A stretch of DNA of 64,000 nt from Tubiluchus corallicola (lineage: Eukaryota > Animalia > Priapulida): contig JAQGDQ010000080.1 in the NCBI GenBank assembly GCA_030141605.1, positions 1 through 64,000 on the forward strand. Direction: 5' to 3'. The first letter of the stretch is position 1. Each line of letters opens with the position of its first letter. Shown here one piece after another: positions 32,700 to 45,933 of the stretch. Both the position numbers and the translations under genes were made by a program. The notes under the pieces are model-generated. The model made no database searches, was not told the origin of the DNA, and worked only from the letters and a program-made list of their open reading frames with translations.

Positions 32700-34150
32700 A
32701 TCGTTGTCATCCATCCATCCAGTGAATAAATCCCTTTTATATTAGGGTGGTGGCAATGAATGTTGTACTGCGGTGCTGCTAATTTAGACTTATTAATGTG
32801 CAAAAATATATTTTTACACAAACAAATAATAAGCTGCAGCCACATTAGATTTATAGAGATGTTTTTTCATTATTTTTTACACAATGCTTAACATTACATC
32901 TTTCAATTGCTTTATATTTTCTGTTTAAGTTAAGCTTTCATGATACTTCTTGTTTTTACCATTATATCCTTCAGCAAGCCATCTGAAACTCTTCGTCAGT
33001 TTCTCATTGCCAGAAGAGTTTGTTTCTTTCCTGCGCATAAAATTCACAACTTGATATTACATGCTCTGCAGTTTTGGTATCATTAGGTAGTCCCTTCACA
33101 GAGTATTTTTCCCAAGCAGAAATTCCACCTTACAAGCATAGAAAGAAATTATCTAACAATTTTAGTGCATCAACCTTAGCTTTAACTAGCATTTCAGCTC
33201 CCCATGTATTGTTCAACCAGGACTCAAATGCTAAACCATTTTTGCAATACTGCGATATTGTGATTTTTGCTATTTTTGGACAGTTTGACCACGCAGCATT
33301 TAGATACTTTAAATTTTCACCCACATTTTTAATCCTTTTCAGCTACAACTTTGTCTGTATGCACATCCCTTGCTTTTTCTCCCAATTCTTTGTCATAAAT
33401 TTCATTCAGATCTAACTCATTTAGTTCCCCAAATACCAAAATATTGCCAAGTATCCCAAAATTATCACCCTATGCTTCTCATTCTTCAAATAACGAAAAA
33501 CTAGCTTCACCCTAATAGCAGTGCCTCTGTATCTTTTTACTTTCCAGAGAATCTTATCAATTCTTCTTGTGCACTCTTATGCCATCAACTTCTTTTTGAC
33601 TGAATGTTCTACTCACACAACCAAACATTATTGTTAGAACTATCATTGCCTTCTAGCCCGTTCTCCTTATTTCCAATATTGCTTCTCACTGCATTGCTGC
33701 AAATGTTACTGCACTCTACAATTTTTCTAATATCTGGTATTCTGTCCTTTCAACCTCTCATCCGCTACTGTTTTTAAAATTATCCCAAGGTATTTTTCTC
33801 TTTTGGGTGCATCTATAGTAGTCTCGCCAACCTCAAAACTTTTATTAGTATTACCTCAACAAAGTAGCATTGATGCACTCTTGATTTCACTGAATTTCAT
33901 GCCAAACTCTCCCACAATCCTCATCAATCTTCAACAACTCAAACATGTCATTTTTGAATTCTGAAATTAGCAGGCCTACAGTATCATCAGCAAGTGCCAA
34001 TGTACTAGTTCTCGTCTATCTTATATCTGTTTTCTCATCCAGTTATTTCTTTTAAAATTTTGTTATGCATAGCGAAAATAATGCAGAGCTAGGACATATA
34101 TAGGGTCGCCTTGTTTGATGCCGAATGTTACGATTACTCTCTCAGTTCTA
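32700..34150 (-). mobile_element. Decayed LINE reverse transcriptase fragment
   Basis: Minus-strand GIKQGDP, LALADDTV and KYLGIILK motifs with many stops; boundaries approximate. Confidence 0.7.
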
Positions 34151-34439
34151 ACCAGGAGCGTCCCTAGGGTTGGTGCACCCATGAGCTCATATACTGCATC
34201 TTACAAAATTCTTTAGTAGTGTCTTATGAATGTTGCTACATGGTGGTTAGGAGAAATATCATCTAGACAACATCGTTTTGTTTCAATCCTACTGAGCTAA
34301 AGTGCTAAGAACACATTCATGAAACTTAATATTTTAAATTTTTTATATAACATATTTAAACATTGAAACAATACTTTTAATCATATCTAAATACACTGCT
34401 TAGTTGAAATATCAACTTCTATTTGTATTTACTAATTAT

Positions 34440-35540
34440 ATGTCAACAATCAGAACTTTCCTTTCCTGGACTTTGTGTACTCTGTGCTGCTCCAAAGAAG
34501 GCATGTTAGGATCAATGTATTTTTCTGGATGATTTTGCCAGTGTTTATCTAAATGACCCTTGAATTGAGTTAAACTGGTGGACTCGACGGCATGAGAAGG
34601 CAGGTTATTCCAAGGGTTAACTACTGTATGGGTGAATTAAATTTTCCTTTTGTTCTATCTTCCATGCAGTCTTGTTTCGAGCAGTTTAAATGGGTGTACG
34701 TTTGTTCTTTGTGTGTCCTATATGTTTATATGTCTATCCAAATGTAGTCTGTCTATCCCAGGCAGTGTTCTATGTACCTGTCCACATCTGCATAGTCAAT
34801 TAGTCAGTAGATTTGTGCAGCTTCAATAACATGAGTAAGTTTAAATACTTGAAATTCCTTTTTTGAGTATTAGCCTTTGATGTGCTATGTTTGTGATAAA
34901 TGCTATACGTTGTTTAAAATCAAGGTTACAAACAATTATCATGCCGAGATCCCTTTCTTTGGATGATCTACTTATCTCCTTTTATTATTTTTTACTTATT
35001 ATTTATCAAATATATCCACAACAATCATTAAAGCACTTAAAAGAATTTAATAACATATTTATTTTTATGTACGCAAGATGCCAAGCTGCAAATGACCTGT
35101 GGGGTACTCAAGAAGCAATTACTTGTTGAGAACACTCCAAATGAATGTGGATTGAGTGAAGTAGAAAAGAGCAGTAAAGGAGCAGAAAAGAAAAGTTAGT
35201 AGAGAATAGAAAGAAAGAAAAAGATGTGATGTCATCTGTATGAAGTAAGGCGAATTGTATAAATAGAGAAATCGACATAGCCAGCAACTTGATGGATTCG
35301 GATAGGGACAGCAGCGTAATTAGTCAAATTTATTTATTCTATGTAATTAGAAAAGATTTCACTTTTAAATTTTCTTTTGAAGTTATTTATAGATAAATTG
35401 TTCCTAATTTCCGTGATTGTGGCACGGTTTTGGTTATGATAACAGTATTAAGGTCATTTTTATCATTTCCCTTGCTTCAGTTGAACTGCTCTTGGAAACA
35501 GCGCGGTGTTGATCACTGCTTCTATGTTTGACCTAGGAGT
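34440..35540 (-). mobile_element. Decayed CR1-like LINE 3' part
   Basis: Minus-strand RDLGMII and C-terminal VVNPWNNLPSHAVESTSLTQFKGHLDKHW. Confidence 0.72.
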
Positions 35541-36429
35541 TCTTCTATTGCTAGTTTAGTTTCGTAGAAAGTGAAAAATTATAATTGAAGAAAGTGAAAT
35601 TTTTTCTTACTACAGCTGCCAAGGTGTGAACCACCTTTTACCTGAAACATTAGGTAAAATTTTTAGCAAAATATTCTATATGCTAGTGTAATTGCAACAT
35701 GGTAGTAGCGGTTTGGCGCACTATTCCATATACCACACTCGCTATTGCGTCATCATCTCCATCTGCCCTTACCTTAGTCCTCACATATGATTTATTGTAG
35801 ACATTGGTTTGCCAAGATTCTAAAGTAAAAGAATTGTGTCCTATAACAGGTACACAGTGCATTGCTGCTCAAATACTGCAAAACAGAAGCTAAACAACAC
35901 ACGTAGTCGTACAGGTGGGCACACCACATGCTTCACATGCATATCTTTCTTACTTCTTACTGTTGAAGATATGTGGACGAATTTTCACAATGTATACATG
36001 TCAGTTTATATGAATTCGTGCATAGCCTTTATCCAAGTTCTTGTAATAATGATACCGGATCTCGGTCTCTTTTGTTAACTAAACTGTTTTTTGACGGGCA
36101 GCGACAAAGAATTAGACTTTTCTGAATGTATTCTGCCAGGTGAAATGTTGTGTAAAACCGTCTCACTGCTGCAAAGAAAGATACGAGCATATCCTTGTTT
36201 GTAATTGCAAGAGTAATTCTAAGGTATTTTGACAGTATATGGATGCGTTTTTGGTCACCAAAGTCTTGAATTCATTCATTGAAGAATTCTCAAGAGTATT
36301 CTGGCCTCTCATTCAGAAGGCAAGGCACAAATCACAAAGACTATGAAGTAACCACAGTACAACAATACCCTGATATAAGTTTAATATTTGTATAAGATGT
36401 GTTGCTGCAGAATTTTAATGTAAAAAACA

Positions 36430-36600
36430 TGTTCCAAATAGTTATCAAATGCGTATCTGCTATAATATTTTGCTGGTTATCTGTTACCTGCACAATGAAA
36501 GTTGCAGGTTACTCTTATTCATAAAAAGGGGCTAAGTCGGGTCCATCAAACTACAGAGAAATTAGCTTGTTAAACGAGATTGACAAGTTGAGGAAGACAA
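36430..36600 (+). mobile_element. Short LINE RT fragment (pre-RT region)
   Basis: VTLIHKKG...PSNYREISLLNEIDK with a frameshift. Confidence 0.6.
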
Positions 36601-37766
36601 TGAGTACCCGACTGTTGCAGTGTTAATTATTGAGAGTACGCTGTACTTAACATTGCACAGTTACTTTAGCTAGTGACTTCATGTTTAGAATCACAGTGTT
36701 AATGCACTGCAGGTTTATATATTGCAGTTCCAATTAAAGTATACAATTACAATTAAATGGTTTGGGCAAAACCTTGTTCAGATTGACTGCTTGTTGACCG
36801 CTGATCCTGATCTGGACCTCGAACACCCCTAAAGGGCACAAATAACCAAATACAACATTTTTTCTTGTACAGTGTCAGAGATGCCTTGCGATGTAAAAAC
36901 AGCAACATCTGTAAGTTTGTTTAAATTGAAATTGTGTGAATACTATCAAGATCATCGATTAAAATCTAATCATCATGTCTATATAGAATAACGAGGATAT
37001 TGGATTACATGTTATTCACATATCACATAAAACACATACAGCAACATGCAAGAAAATTATAAAACATATTGCAGATGATGAGGGCACACGCACTTATCCA
37101 ACATACAGCAAAACCAAGATTTTGCATGTTCTACTGGATGCTAGACAAGCAAAATCTATAGATGGTATCTGTTTTTGTTAAAAATAAGTTCATTTAAAAG
37201 TTTAGATCAGGACAGCTGCAGTACAGTCTGCAATATAGATGTTCCTAGATCTATACACCTATTATTATTATAACTAATTTAATAATTTGATTTTTGTCTG
37301 CATTATTGCAAATTATATAATCAATGCTCTTTTTTGTGTCATTGTAAGTGTACACGAAGCAACTGATCACCGGAAACGTGAATGCAGTTGTCATCTGCCA
37401 TCTTGATTTTTCTCAAGTAAGCTATCAAAAGCTTTCCACCGGCATACAAGTATAATTATAAAAATTATTGTCAACTAAGACTACAGTTTGGCCATCATGC
37501 CAGTGTACGATCTCAGTTTGTTAAGCGGATGCAAACGATATCATCTGCTTAGCCTTATTCTTCTTAATTGGCTCCGAATATAAGAGATTAAAACATCATA
37601 AATCTCCTCATTCTCTTCTCTTTTTGCTGCTGTTAGCATGCTCAAGTGTAGTGCAGGAAGTAGATTTTGCATGATGCATGCTGGATCAAGAGTGTTACTG
37701 GCCTAATCAGGTGAAATATTGATAGTTAGTCTTCATCATTTGTCACTTTTACTGCATCATATCCAT

Positions 37767-37893
37767 TTGACTAATAACTATGACTTCATTATTCACTTTT
37801 ACTAGTTCTTGTCAATTGACTAATAACTGGGACTTCAATATTCACTTTTATTACACCTTGTCAATTTGACTAATAACTGGGACTTCAATATTC
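37767..37893. repeat. Tandem repeat, 49-50 bp period, about 2.6 copies
   Basis: ttgactaataact..gacttca.tattc occurs three times. Confidence 0.85.
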
Positions 37894-39582
37894 CTGTAAT
37901 TTGTGCAACCTTGCGTTACATGTTTTTACATAGTTATTCACAGTGCAATGCGGGATCGAGCACTTAGTAGCAGCACCTGTTGAGTGTTAATGATTGTGTG
38001 GCAGGACTGGAACTTTCTTCATTATTAAAGCTACTTTCTGAGATTAGACATTGAACTGGCAGATATGCCAATGTCAGACTTGTATATCTACATTTTTCCT
38101 TGTTTGATTTACTAATCAGGCCCGGTGTTCTTAACTTTGCTATACCATAACTACTCAGCTATTTCTCATGCATCAGCTGGAATGCTGTTCTTAACAAGGT
38201 ATAAAGTTTATGATTCATTTTTGATCAAACTGAAAAAAAATAGCTAATGGACTATGTTTTAATGCTTAGCAATGTACGTCAATCAAAACTTTCCACAATT
38301 TCTTTATTTTGGCTCTGCGCAATGCAATTGCACAGAAAAAAACTAGGCTGCTTTATTTAAGACATCATTTTGCAATGTGGCTATTAGCGTGTTCTTTCCT
38401 GCATTTTAATGATATTTGCTGGTGCTATTTAATTCTTGTAGCTTAAGTGCATTAAATATCTACACTACACTTCTGCAGTGAATATGAAGAAAACAGATAA
38501 AGGTACGAAATAAATATGTCCAACAACAGAAGTGGTAAATTTTCATATAACGGTTACTGTAGCAGTTCTTGCTAACTTATATATGGACCAACTTTTTGAT
38601 GGTTTACTATCTCATCGTAGAAGGACTAAACCTAATATCTTGGATAACTTGGCTATGCTATTTAACACTGGACCCTGGTATGAAGTGTATAAAAAGTGTG
38701 GTGCAAATTTTAATAATAATTTTAACACAGGCTCACAGCATCATTATTGGCATCTGTATCAATAGAGGCACTTAGAAGGTAGGGATCTAGGGTAAAAAAA
38801 TTTTTTAGTATTTTTTGTTGTGTTATGCTTTGTGAAAAACAAGGACTTTGGACACTTAACATTTTTAGTGAAGTTGGAAGTTAGACAGTCTTGTTAATAT
38901 CATTTAATCTGCTGTGGTTAGTCAATGGAGACGAAAAATTCGGTATATATACTAAAATGAAGTGTCAAATATGTCTTGTTTTTTCACTGATTTTAGTCGA
39001 TTTTGGGTTAATATCTCTGTGTAATAGATAAAAACTGGTGGTATTTTGCCTAGTTTGGCCCACTGAGGCCTAGTTTACTTGTATGGTTGTTGGATTTTGG
39101 ATTTGTGACAAGCATTATCAAGTTTTAATGCTTGTAGGTTGGCTAGAACAGCTGTATTATATTTCATTCCAGAAGTGATTTATTTAGAGACTAAAAAGTT
39201 AAAATTTCAGTGGATATGTATGGATTATGTGTACATTGTATGAGGCGAGTGCTTCTTATTATTATTGGAGGAAACCAAACTTAATTGATACAAATAGATT
39301 TGACAAGTACTATCATAATTATGCCTTTTTCAAAAGGGATACAGCAAAGTGCTTGTAATAAATTTTACACCTAAACAAACTGAAATTTTCAACACGTTAA
39401 ATCTGATATATTACGTACAATCATAAATGTATTAAAATTTTGAAATCTAGTTTGTTTATTCAAAAAATGGACTTTGGCACTAGGTGATCAAGTTTCACGT
39501 AGTAATTGATTTTATAGTTAGCAGAGAGTTCTGTAGCTCTTATAGTACTTCCAAACTTGCTGTAGTTATCATATACTATATG

Positions 39583-40400
39583 TAACAAGACAGAATGAAT
39601 TCAGGCGATACCTGGTTGAGTGTGGTTTGTCCCACAATACCTAAATACTTAAAAAAACTGACTTTAACTTGAAGGTCTAGGAGAAATTGAATGACAATAA
39701 TAAAACTGACTGATGTCCAGTGTACTTGACCATTTGACTGAGGTCACTGTGCACTATACCATTTTCAAGACCTTACCTCGGGTATATAACCTGCAGATTT
39801 CACAATTATAACCTTTTGTGTTTGGTGGTTAGTATGGATTAAAGCTCAGTTCCCTGAGTCTTGTCTTGAGTCCTTAAACAATTCCATCCTTTTTAACTGT
39901 ACCGTTGCCTGAGCCCCTATCCCTAGTATCTACCCTGCAAGTTGCATGACTCTTGTTACCACAGTTTTAGTTTTATTCAATCTTGTGCATTTTGGCTCCT
40001 ACCACAGGCACTTAAAGATTCACAGCTTTTTAAAAGCCCAAATACATAGCTACCTTATAATATTTAAATATGTGTGAAAAAATTTTAATTTAACTCAAAG
40101 TCTCAGGAGGTTGAAAAACTGTTCAACGACCAGAATCACACTTGTGAAAAAAATTGAATTCAACTCACGGCCATAGGAGGAGTTGAATTGTATTGAAAAA
40201 GTGTCCAGCTCCTTGACCATGTGACAAAGGTCAAGGCGCCACTTTCAGGGCTCCTACCACAGGTATCTACACAGTAGGTTTCATGATTCTAGCCATCTGC
40301 ATTTACCAGTTAACATGAATTAAAAAGTGGAATACTGAATGGCTAACATGATGAAATGATGATGAAAAAATCAGCGTCTGGGTTCTCCTAAAAAGTGCAA
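39583..40400 (+). mobile_element. Possible Helentron-associated (HINE-like) non-autonomous element with internal repeats
   Basis: AACAAG start, gaaggtc and ttgacc/aaggtcaagg motifs, duplicated ggctcctaccacagg (about 39994 and 40249) and internal inverted repeat aattcaactc...gagttgaatt. The family call is an inference. Confidence 0.35.
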
Positions 40401-41289
40401 CTATTGTACTGTATTTGACATTTAAGATACGTTGTACATTTAAAACTCAATTAACAAGTAAATTGAATACAACGTGCAACACCAAACTTGCACTAAGTAA
40501 TTACTACCTATAAAGTAAAGAAGGCTATTATGATTTATGCCAAGTAAAGAATGTTGTGACTCATGGTCAGGTGAATAGGTGGCTCTTTCTAAACTTCTGT
40601 GGCTTGAAGAATGCTGTACAAGCAGCAGAATTTGCTGTGATCGTTTTTGTTGGACTGCAAATTGTAAAACCATGAAATCTCTCTTTTGGCGTTTGCTAAA
40701 AAAATAAATCAAATTGTTAAAATTTGACTAATGATTTTAGAAATTAGTAAACATTAATGTATGTTTAAATGGGCCGCTAGTCATCTTGTATGTTTACAAC
40801 TGTCTTAAAAGCTATATAGTTGCATCTATATAGAAAATCATTCTATGGGATTAATGTGAAAGTAATTAATTTCAGCTAGGGTTTTAGCTACCCTATTATT
40901 GTTGTTGTTTAATTGTTTCACAAGTTGAATTTTGATTACAACATTTAATGATAGAGCATTTCATCGGGTGTGCCAAAAATGAGTGCATTTAAATATGCCT
41001 TAAATCCTCGCTTTTTTGGTTTCAATGCAAAAACGTCCACCAGTATTACAAAAAGGAGTCACACCAAAGTGTCAAAGTTCATCTTCATTGCTGTAATGTT
41101 TAAATCAGTAGGTCGTCAAATAAAGAGAATTTAAAATGGAAAGTTTATTTCAAAGCAGTCTGTTACACAAAGTTATAAATTAATCATCTATTATGCAAAT
41201 TCCCTCAAATTTATTGAGACGACATATTGACTAAGCCTATTTTAAATAAACTAGGTGCACAGCACACTTTATTCTAAAAACTGTGCTTG

Positions 41290-41540
41290 TGTGTTTTGCT
41301 TTTTTCTCTTTAGTTTTTGCTTTTCTTTAGTTTTTACTAAAATTGTTTACATTCTCTTACCTTACTCTTTTTTATGCTAGTATTGTCTTTATTTATTTAT
41401 GTCTTTTTTACTTATTGTATTTTTTACTTTAGTTTTATTTTAACTTTGTCTTCCTTACTTTTTGTATTTGGTTTATTTACTTTCGCCTTTTTTCACTGTC
41501 TTTTTGCCACCCCTTTCTTCTGTTGTTTTTTAACTTTTAC
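41290..41540. repeat. T-rich low-complexity tract
   Basis: Long strand-asymmetric run of T with interspersed A/C/G. Confidence 0.7.
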
Positions 41541-43318
41541 CATGTGATGCCAAGTCTAAGCTGGCACCATTCTAATTTGTTGTACCACATAATCATACTG
41601 TACTTGTAGAAGCACTACAGTAAATATGTACAAACGCAGAACTATCAGGTATAGCTGTGAGGAAATTTCCCATAAACCGAACCTGCTGCAGCGGCTGACA
41701 AAATGCAGCTAACCCGTAAGAGTCCCCCCCCCCCCTCGTGTGCGGTTTGTTAACCTGTACAGTAGCTATGTTTTGGTGTACAGTTGAAAACAAGTTTTCG
41801 AAAATACAGCGGTATAACAGTGGTACTTCCCGTTCACTACTGCAGGCTAAACTGAACTGTACTATTCTTCATAGTGATCTTATCAAAAGCTTTACGGAAC
41901 CTATGAATATAAGTTATTGTTCACTAGGACAAATTGTAATTCTACATTCATTGCACTGAAATCGCAATGTATGTGTGTCGCGAATAGTGAATGATTTGTA
42001 GTAGCTGCATATTGTATAGTGATTCATTTGTAGACCACTGAACTAGGATGGGGTCATTGCCTTACAACTGCTTTAAAACATATAGGAAATGTATTGTAGT
42101 TTTTGAGTTTTACTGAACTGCTCCTACTCTTAACAAGTTATGTGCACGTTGTTCTGGGCATTTTGGCAGCACATGTTATACATGTTAACAAAGAATTTTT
42201 TTTCAACATTTGCTTTTCACGTTTTTTAGAAAGCGAACTATTGCAGCTGTTATTGGTGAATGAAATTATTAAATGTGTAAGCTATCTGCTAGGATTGAAT
42301 CTAAAATAGATTTACAGTTTATATATTTTAATTTTTAACTTGTAGCATTTTTTGAATTTGCTTAGATGAACTCAAATATACAAATGATTGTAGCTGCTTT
42401 ATGAAAAGCTTTTTATGCATGCAAAGATGTGCTTAAATGATTATAGTATGCATACTTTTTCTTAAGGGAAAACTGTTAAATGTTAGTCTAGTATGGACAG
42501 AGGGCAGTGCCATATCGGCCTAGATCAGTCACTTAAAATCGAGCTAAATTCAGTTTTCATGTGTGTTGTATGGACAGTGTACTTCTTCCGTACGAAAAAT
42601 GCCAAAATAATTATGAGAAACAATAAATGAAATACCGGTTTTTAATAATTTTCAGCTTTGAAAGTAAAAGGTTAGCTGAATTCGAAGGACTTAATCCCTG
42701 TGAAAGACAAAAAGTCAAAAAGATCGATCTCTGTCCTGTAGTTTGAATCGGGTATAGTAAATTATCGTTCGCCACCCATCTACCCGCTTCATCTTGAGAA
42801 ATACTGGTTTAGCATATCATGAAGCTGTTAATTCTTGGTTGCAATTTAGAAAGTAATGTTGTTACAAAAAACGTTTGTGGAAGGTTCAACCTAAAATACA
42901 GCTTCGTAGAGTAATCTGTTTTTGTAGGTTTCCTGGACAATCTTTTGCTAACTCGCTTTTCATTTGGCTCATCCAGAGCCTTTAGTTTGGACAAAATAGG
43001 AATGTTAATAGATATCTTTGAGGGTCACTAACAAATTAGAGTTTAGTTAAAAATTCTGTTTTTCTGAATCTGTATTTGCATTTTCATTTCTTTACAGTAG
43101 CTCATTACACTGAGTGGGCACTGGCATTGTTTTCTATTTCAGGCCAACTTCACTGATTTAAAAGTTTCTATGTGATAGATACAGATGCACTTTTTGGGGT
43201 TAAATTGGATGTGATAACATAATTTTAATATCTTAAGTGACTCGAATGTCATGTCGGGATTCTGCTTCACTGTTTGGATTGCTTGTCTTCATATAGTCTT
43301 TCTACCTATGTTATAGAT

Positions 43319-43805
43319 CAGTGGTTCTCAACCTTTTGTTGATGGCGACCCCTTTCCAGAACCCTGCATCATATTGCGACCCCATGAAGAACATAATCAT
43401 ATGTCTATTACACATCATTATTGTTCGCATTTATTAATTTTAACTTACTATTCGACAAATTATTGAACGATGAGTGATTGTTTCATTAATTCATTCATGT
43501 GATGGTTGCATCTCAGCGACCAATATTGCAATGCAATAGGTATCTAAGAAGATCCGACATAAAATGGAACAACACGCATTTTCATTTTCCCGGAAAATCA
43601 AGCACTGATATTTAGAGTGGAAAACCCAGTTTCACCTTCCAGAACAACATGATGTAATGAGAGACTGAGGAAACAAGACTTACTTACATACTTTAAATAC
43701 TTTTACAAGACTTTTTAAAAAATAGTTTTTGGACTAGCCCGCGACCCTACGTAAAGTGCTTGGTGACTCCAATTGGGGTCGCGACCCCAAGGTTGGGAAC
43801 CCATG
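43319..43805. mobile_element. Non-autonomous hAT (Charlie/Buster-like) MITE, 487 bp
   Basis: TIRs CAGTGGTTCTCAACC and GGTTGGGAACCCATG (12/15 match); 8-bp TSD TTATAGAT/ATATAGAT (7/8); subterminal GCGACCC repeats and GGGGTCGCGACCCC palindrome. Confidence 0.88.
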
Positions 43806-45149
43806 ATATAGATTCTCATCTGATGGAAATTATCTGCTAGAGTTTTTTGCTCTTTAATCCTGATGAAAATATTGGTAAGGTACTCCTTCATGTTGGTTGT
43901 TCGGGTCATTCAACGATGATAAACATTTGTCATCATTGTCCTCATCAAATGTTTTATTAGGTTATGATGACTGGGTTGGGAAGTTGGGGATGTAAACAAT
44001 TGTGGAACGACATGATTTTTCAGCTAATCCAGCTTACCAATTCTGTGCGTATGTTAGACCAACAAAACTATATTGTGACAAGCTATACAAGTTATATAAG
44101 CTATACAGACTAAGTTTTACTGCGAGTTTTTGGGCAACTGGATTTATTGTAGTTTGTGCCATAGCAGCGCTGTGACGTTATGATTGGCAACTGCATTGTT
44201 AGCGTCTGAGACTCCTTATTGCCCAAAGAAATAAAACGTGTTTACTAGTGCTCAAAGATGACTTGTTTTTGACTGCCTTTTATCTGGTGAAAAATTAACA
44301 ACCATTGGTCTTCACTTAATATACTGATAATTTCATAAATTTATATTAGATGAAATTTCTGTGCCTGTGGGCTGTCAGCAAAATGATGTTAAAGCCGAAT
44401 GTACATGCATTGTGGACTATATATCACTGTTATTGAAAACTGAACGTCAACTTGAACAGTTACGGTCAGTTAAAGAAGTTAAGCACTCACGCGTAAATGA
44501 CATGTGAAGGAATTTTGATACAAGTTGACAGTTTATACACTTTTATAATAAACGTTTTAAACACTTTCTGGGAGCCACCTTCTCAAACTAGTATGTTGCA
44601 TCTCGTTTTCCCTGCAACAATTTCGTTTTGAACAAATTTTTGGCTTGGTTAATTATGTCAATTTTGGTGTGACAGCTCGCTACCATGGAAACGTAATTAC
44701 TGTGCTTTGTAGAATACAGTCTATGTAAATTCTCATAAACTTCCTTGACAGGTGCAATTGAGACTGGTTAAATAAAAGCTGCTTTTACTGGATTCTGTAT
44801 AATAGTAGTTATACATAACACATGAACATACGCCACTACGTATGACAAGAATATCCTGTCTTTCAGGCATTTATATTGATTATCTGTTTCGTTATTAATT
44901 GTTTGTAATTCGGCTATACAATAAGCAAGTGTGTACACAAAATGGTGCGGCATATCCTAAAAAAGTAGAGTGCATTTCACCAACCATAGGTGAAGAAGTT
45001 TATACAGGCTTGTGTACGTAATTATGATAATTTTTTGCCTACCTCTTTTTGATATGATGGTAGACTTGACAGGTCGTAGAATTTTCCTGGCAGATGTCAT
45101 ATATTCTATGAGTTAGAAGATTTTAAAAGCACTTTGGTTATACAAATTA

Positions 45150-45760
45150 CAGTCGTATTGCTCTTCGTCTAGGGTTTTTTCCGGATCTGCTAAAATTAGC
45201 AAACGCTATGCCCATTTATAAAAAATGAAAACAGTTGATTAGTAATTACGTATCCATCTCCCATTTTGCCAGCTGTTTCAGGTGTCCTAGTAAAAACAAT
45301 GTTTAGTTATCTTTTTCATTATTTTGCCAGTAACAAACTGTTATATTCAGCTCAGTTTGATTTTAGACCTCAACACCCTCGACAGATTTAGCAACACAAT
45401 ATAATTTGGAAATGATGTGTTAGAAGCTATTGTATCTGGGAATACCCCTGTCGGATTTTTCTGGATTTAACCAAATCTTTTGACTCTTTAGGTCACGATA
45501 TTCTTCTTTACAAATTTAACAATATGGTTTAAATGAGCATGTAAAAGTACTGTTAGAAAGTTATTTAAGAAATCACAAGCAATATGTTGTATATGATGAG
45601 CATTCATCTGATGTTCTCCCGATAAATACAGGTGTCCTTCCAAGGATCAATTTTTAGTCAACATTTGTTTATTATTTTTTTAAATAACATGTGCTTTAGA
45701 ATACTTTAAATGCGTATTCTATGCGGATGATAAATTGTTTTTTGCCATTTCAGTCTTACA
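45150..45760 (+). mobile_element. Decayed L2/Crack-like LINE RT fragment
   Basis: FLDLTKSFDSLGHDILLYKF, ESYLRNHKQYV, TGV..QGSI and YADD motifs with frameshifts. Confidence 0.8.
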
Positions 45761-45846
45761 TTAAGGTAAATGTTAGGTAAATGAATACTTTAGTGATTTG
45801 GTAAGCGTAGAACTGCATAAATTAATAAATGGAAATGGTAACAACG

Positions 45847-45933
45847 TCTACTACTGCTACTGTCGCTGCTACTGCTACCGCTACTAAAATCACTACCAAT
45901 ACTACTACTGCTGCTGTTACCACCACCACCACT
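45847..45933. repeat. Compound (ACT/GCT/ACC)n trinucleotide low-complexity tract
   Basis: Read directly; explains ORFs 45790..46041 and 45822..46010. Confidence 0.85.

Noticed and set aside
38532-38765. ORF containing VLANLYM, reminiscent of Penelope RT
   Set aside because: No preceding MGSPLS or following YVDD motif; the region may be old retroelement debris but cannot be assigned.
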